Origin: an uncultured Methanomicrobiaceae archaeon
Lineage (GTDB): Archaea > Halobacteriota > Methanomicrobia > Methanomicrobiales > Methanoculleaceae
Length of the DNA stretch: 64,000 nt
Assembly: GCA_963826525.1 (NCBI GenBank)
Contig: CAWGXH010000004.1
Location: 1,056,001-1,120,000 of the forward strand
Direction: 5' to 3'
Below the pieces are notes generated by a model. It worked only from the letters and a program-made list of their open reading frames with translations, had not been told where the DNA came from and searched no databases. Positions 60,976 to 64,000 of this stretch are shown here, one piece after another. A program made the translations under genes and the position numbers. Positions within the stretch are counted from its first letter, which is position 1; every line of letters starts with the position of its first letter.

Positions 60976-61941
60976 CTAGAGCATTTGAAAGAATTCTGAT
61001 AGATATTGTATTATTTTCTCAATCCCCCCCAGATTGATTAGGTAATTGGATGTCGCTCCTATAAAAACGGCAATCGCGAAGCTTAACAGTGTTCCTAAAA
61101 TGATATATTCCGATCTCTTCGAATCGTTAATTCTGAAAAGTCCTTTTGCTGCTACAAGGAATCCAATTGCTGTGTAGTCGTTTACGAGGATAAAAATCAA
61201 TATCAGAATACGCTCTACATATCCGATCAAGCGGCCGGCGTTGTCTAAGCTGCCTTCTTGCGTAGTGTCCACATCTTTTCGCCAGAGCTGAGTGATTCTA
61301 TTGACGAGTATCCCGCTAGGCCAGAGAATCAGAAGGAATGCAATAATCGCAATCCATATTTTGATTATCTCAACTGGACTTCCAAAGGGATATGGGATTG
61401 GGATGTGTGGATAGAGCAGTACCAAAACGATGAGTAGAACAAACCCGTGGGCGATCTGGTCGATGAAAAATATATGGATGGGTTCATCTTCAATTTCTAC
61501 TTCATGCTCTCCCTGCTCTTCCTTATCCTCCTGATCTTTCTCATCGTCGTGATCGCCCTTACAATTTACTTTCTTTCGGAGGTTTGCCATCCAGTGGGAC
61601 TTCAACCCGTCTATGACGAAGTGCGATGCCGTGACGAGGATAAATGCGTATAGGAAGGTAATCCATAATTGCGGAAGGAACTCCGGAAGAGATGATGGAT
61701 GTTTTAAGATCAGTATGAAGTTCCAAAGGTTGGCAAAAAGAAACGTCAATACCCCGGCTACAATGGCATGACATATCAGGCACTTGGAGTGCCAACCATT
61801 ATTGAACCGGTTTTTAACCCAGGCATCTGGCTGGAAAACAAAATCGGTCAAGATATGGGCGAGAATTAGGCGAAGGAACAACTCGATGCCATAAGGTATT
61901 AACGTTTCAGTCAAGCAATTGTTATTCTGAACTCCCACCAC
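60976..61941 (-). CDS. DUF3307 (SatE-like) membrane protein
   Basis: LAHILTDFVFQ, H, SHFVID, IDQIAH, NAGRLIGYVER, GFLVAAKG-x-FR, SEYIILGTLLS. Confidence 0.85.
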   Translation of the reverse strand: MVGVQNNNCLTETLIPYGIELFLRLILAHILTDFVFQPDAWVKNRFNNGWHSKCLICHAIVAGVLTFLFANLWNFILILKHPSSLPEFLPQLWITFLYAFILVTASHFVIDGLKSHWMANLRKKVNCKGDHDDEKDQEDKEEQGEHEVEIEDEPIHIFFIDQIAHGFVLLIVLVLLYPHIPIPYPFGSPVEIIKIWIAIIAFLLILWPSGILVNRITQLWRKDVDTTQEGSLDNAGRLIGYVERILILIFILVNDYTAIGFLVAAKGLFRINDSKRSEYIILGTLLSFAIAVFIGATSNYLINLGGIEKIIQYLSEFFQML

Positions 61942-62050
61942 ATTATTTATTCTATTCTTTCTAGGGAGGCTCCGCCCCGTTTGAGCGATAACCTCAATGG
62001 CAATCTGCTTTGAGAGAATCTATCAGTTCTGAGGAAAAAACCGTATTGTC

Positions 62051-62227
62051 ATGTCCCCCCTCTCCCGTAGCAGTCTCCCGCACCTGATCGCCGGCTGCAC
62101 CCTGGTCGGGCTGCTCGTCATCTCTTCGGTGTATGCCAGGAGCCCCGGAGAGGTGAGCCTGAACGTATCCTTCGACCCGCCCGGGGGATACATCGGGGAG
62201 GGCAGCCCGAAAATCCCGAACAAATAA
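62051..62227 (+). CDS. Small hydrophobic protein (58 aa), copy 2 of the flanking unit
   Basis: ATG 62051 to TAA 62227: MSPLSRSSLPHLIAGCTLVGLLVISSVYARSPGEVSLNVSFDPPGGYIGEGSPKIPNK; below the ORF-track length cutoff. Confidence 0.5.
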   Translation: MSPLSRSSLPHLIAGCTLVGLLVISSVYARSPGEVSLNVSFDPPGGYIGEGSPKIPNK

Positions 62228-62445
62228 TGCGCGTCTCCCGCAAGCAATCCCCGACTCCCTCCCTCCCCGGGCAATCCCGCACGTCACCATCAAGTAACGT
62301 TCATATAGCCGCTCTTTTCACTTCTCCTCCGCTCCCCGAACCTTTTTAACCCCCATCTCCCCACGCTGAAACAAGCGATGCACGACAACGGCTCGCTCCT
62401 TCGGAGGGCGCCGGTGCACCGCGAACTACAGCAGCGAGGTAACGC

Positions 62446-62649
62446 ATGAAACCGAAACCAGAATCCATACCCCGGGACACGATCAAAGCCCCCGGAAAGC
62501 ACCGGGGCACCCGCGTCCCGGCCGAATCGAAAAGAGAACAGAACAGAATCCGTGGCGGCAGCCAGGCACAACCACATGTTTCCAGCACCAGGATGCACCG
62601 GACCGCCACCGAGAGAAGCATCGCCACCCGGGGAGCGTGCCCGCGATGA
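62446..62649 (+). CDS. Small basic hypothetical protein of the mobile element
   Basis: GAGGT ribosome-binding site upstream; ATGA overlap with the next ORF. Confidence 0.4.
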   Translation: MKPKPESIPRDTIKAPGKHRGTRVPAESKREQNRIRGGSQAQPHVSSTRMHRTATERSIATRGACPR

Positions 62650-62819
62650 GTCACGGCGGGCAGACACCGCGGAAGGTGCCGCTCTACCTCATCGCCCAGG
62701 TGGTCGCGGCCGAGGTCGCCCGGCACAAACGGGCGCTCCGCGAGATCCACGTCACCTGCACGGCCGGGCACTACTACGCGGTCACCGTCCTTACCGCCGG
62801 AGGGGATACCCATGCCTGA
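62646..62819 (+). CDS. Small hypothetical protein of the mobile element
   Basis: MSHGGQTPRKVPLYLIAQVV...; overlaps neighbours at both ends. Confidence 0.55.
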   Translation: MSHGGQTPRKVPLYLIAQVVAAEVARHKRALREIHVTCTAGHYYAVTVLTAGGDTHA

Positions 62820-63150
62820 GCCGGGAACGCTCGCCTACGGCAGCGGCGGCACCCTCCACATCGCGGTGGATGCCGAGCACTACCGGATCGAGCCTGAGGA
62901 TGTCAAACACCTGCTCTTCTCGGGCAGGGTGGTGCCGGTCGTGCAGGACCGCGTCATCCCGGACGGCGGCACGCCGATGGGCAGGACGACGATCGAGGGG
63001 CACGCGACGGTAAACTGCACCGGCAAAGCCGTGGCGCTCCACACCCGTGCGGGGTCGTTCATCATCCCGCTCGTCAGCGTCCAGCGGGTGGCACGGGGGG
63101 AGGCGGTCAGCGTTCCGCTCTTCCCCCTCGTCCCGGGGGTGACAGAGTGA
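62812..63150 (+). CDS. Hypothetical protein of the mobile element
   Basis: 112-aa ORF with GGAGG upstream and GTGA overlap with the primase. Confidence 0.65.
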   Translation: MPEPGTLAYGSGGTLHIAVDAEHYRIEPEDVKHLLFSGRVVPVVQDRVIPDGGTPMGRTTIEGHATVNCTGKAVALHTRAGSFIIPLVSVQRVARGEAVSVPLFPLVPGVTE

Positions 63151-64000
63151 GCGACGCGATTATCGAGGCGGTGCAGGTCATCGCCCCGGAGGGCGTGGTG
63201 GAGGTGCGGGCGCTCGCCGAGAGTGCCGTTCACTCCGGCTACTTCGACGACCGCAGCGAACTCGCCGCACGGGCGGAGGTGCTCGACGCCGACCCGGAGG
63301 TCGGGGGGATCTACGTCACCCTCAACCCCGTGAACCCGGCGCTTCTCGCCCGGCGGGCGAACCGGATCAAGCTGCGCCTCGGTAAGAAAGACGCGACGAC
63401 GAGCCGATGCCGATATTACGAGAAGGCGGTGGCTGCCGGTCGACATCGACCCGGTGCGGCCAAGCGGCGTCTCGTCGACCGATGCGGAGCACGATCTCGC
63501 GCTCGCGACGGCGGATCGGATCGTCGCCTGGCTCAGCGAGCAGGGGTTCCCGGCGCCGGTGCGGGCCGACTCGGGGAACGGCGCCCACCTCCTCTACCGG
63601 GTCGACCTCCCGAACGACGAGGTAGCGACCGGGCTCGTGAAGGGCTGCCTCGCGACCCTCGACGTTCTCTTCTCGAACGAGAAAGTCACCGTCGATACCG
63701 CGAACCACAACGCCGCCCGGATCTGGAAACTCTACGGCACCGTCTCGAGGAAGGGCGACAACACGGCGGAGCGGCCGCACCGCCGGTCAAGGCTCCTCAC
63801 GGTTCCTGACGAGATTGGCCTTGTTCCCGTGGAGCGACTCGCCCATCTCGCCGGGCTGCTCCCGGCGGATGAGCCGCCAGCGCCGAAGAAGGGCGGGGGG
63901 ATCGACCTCGCCGCCTGGCTCCCCGATCACGGGATCGCCGTCCGGTCGGCGAAACCCTACCGGGGCGGCACGCTCTACACCCTCGAGGACTGCCCGTTCT
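63147..64000 (+). CDS. AEP-superfamily primase-polymerase (partial; frameshift near 63405)
   Basis: YVTLNP, then in the shifted frame WLPVDIDP (DxD), DSGNGAH, VDTANHNAARIWKLYGT; ends at CPF, a likely Zn-finger start. Confidence 0.78.

Larger units (their letters stand above)
52150..64000. mobile_element. Genomic island / integrated element: AT-rich defence-like cargo plus AEP replication module; extends beyond the window
   Basis: Abrupt fall in GC at ~52.15 kb; MTase, MORC-HK and SatD cargo; primase-polymerase operon; no integrase within the window. Confidence 0.7.

Overview
A GC-rich archaeal window whose gene content (aIF5B, S6e, S8e, SRP19, Gar1, TFB, YcaO/TfuA, ablAB, MptE) points to a methanogen, most likely Methanomicrobiales (Methanoculleus-like; inferred, not verified). 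About 1-52 kb is mostly core genome with three tRNAs (Lys-CTT, His-GTG, Ala-CGC). It includes a cluster of likely MCR-modification genes and a 128/131-bp tandem repeat that twice re-copies the 3' half of tRNA-Ala with GNA-triloop hairpins. From ~52.2 kb an AT-rich island begins. It carries a GHKL/MORC-ATPase-histidine kinase, a receiver protein, an HxH protein and a convergent N6-adenine methyltransferase. It also carries a SatD(cyclase-like)-HTH-TPR / DUF3307 cassette bracketed by two paralogous small ORFs, and the start of an AEP primase-polymerase replication module. The most striking unexplained signal is six palindromes (TATGAR-N8-TTCATA) at an exact 29-bp period directly upstream of satD. 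Many genes are split by single-base indels, which looks like uncorrected long-read error, so frameshifted genes are reported joined and are not called pseudogenes. All product calls come from motif recognition, not database searches.
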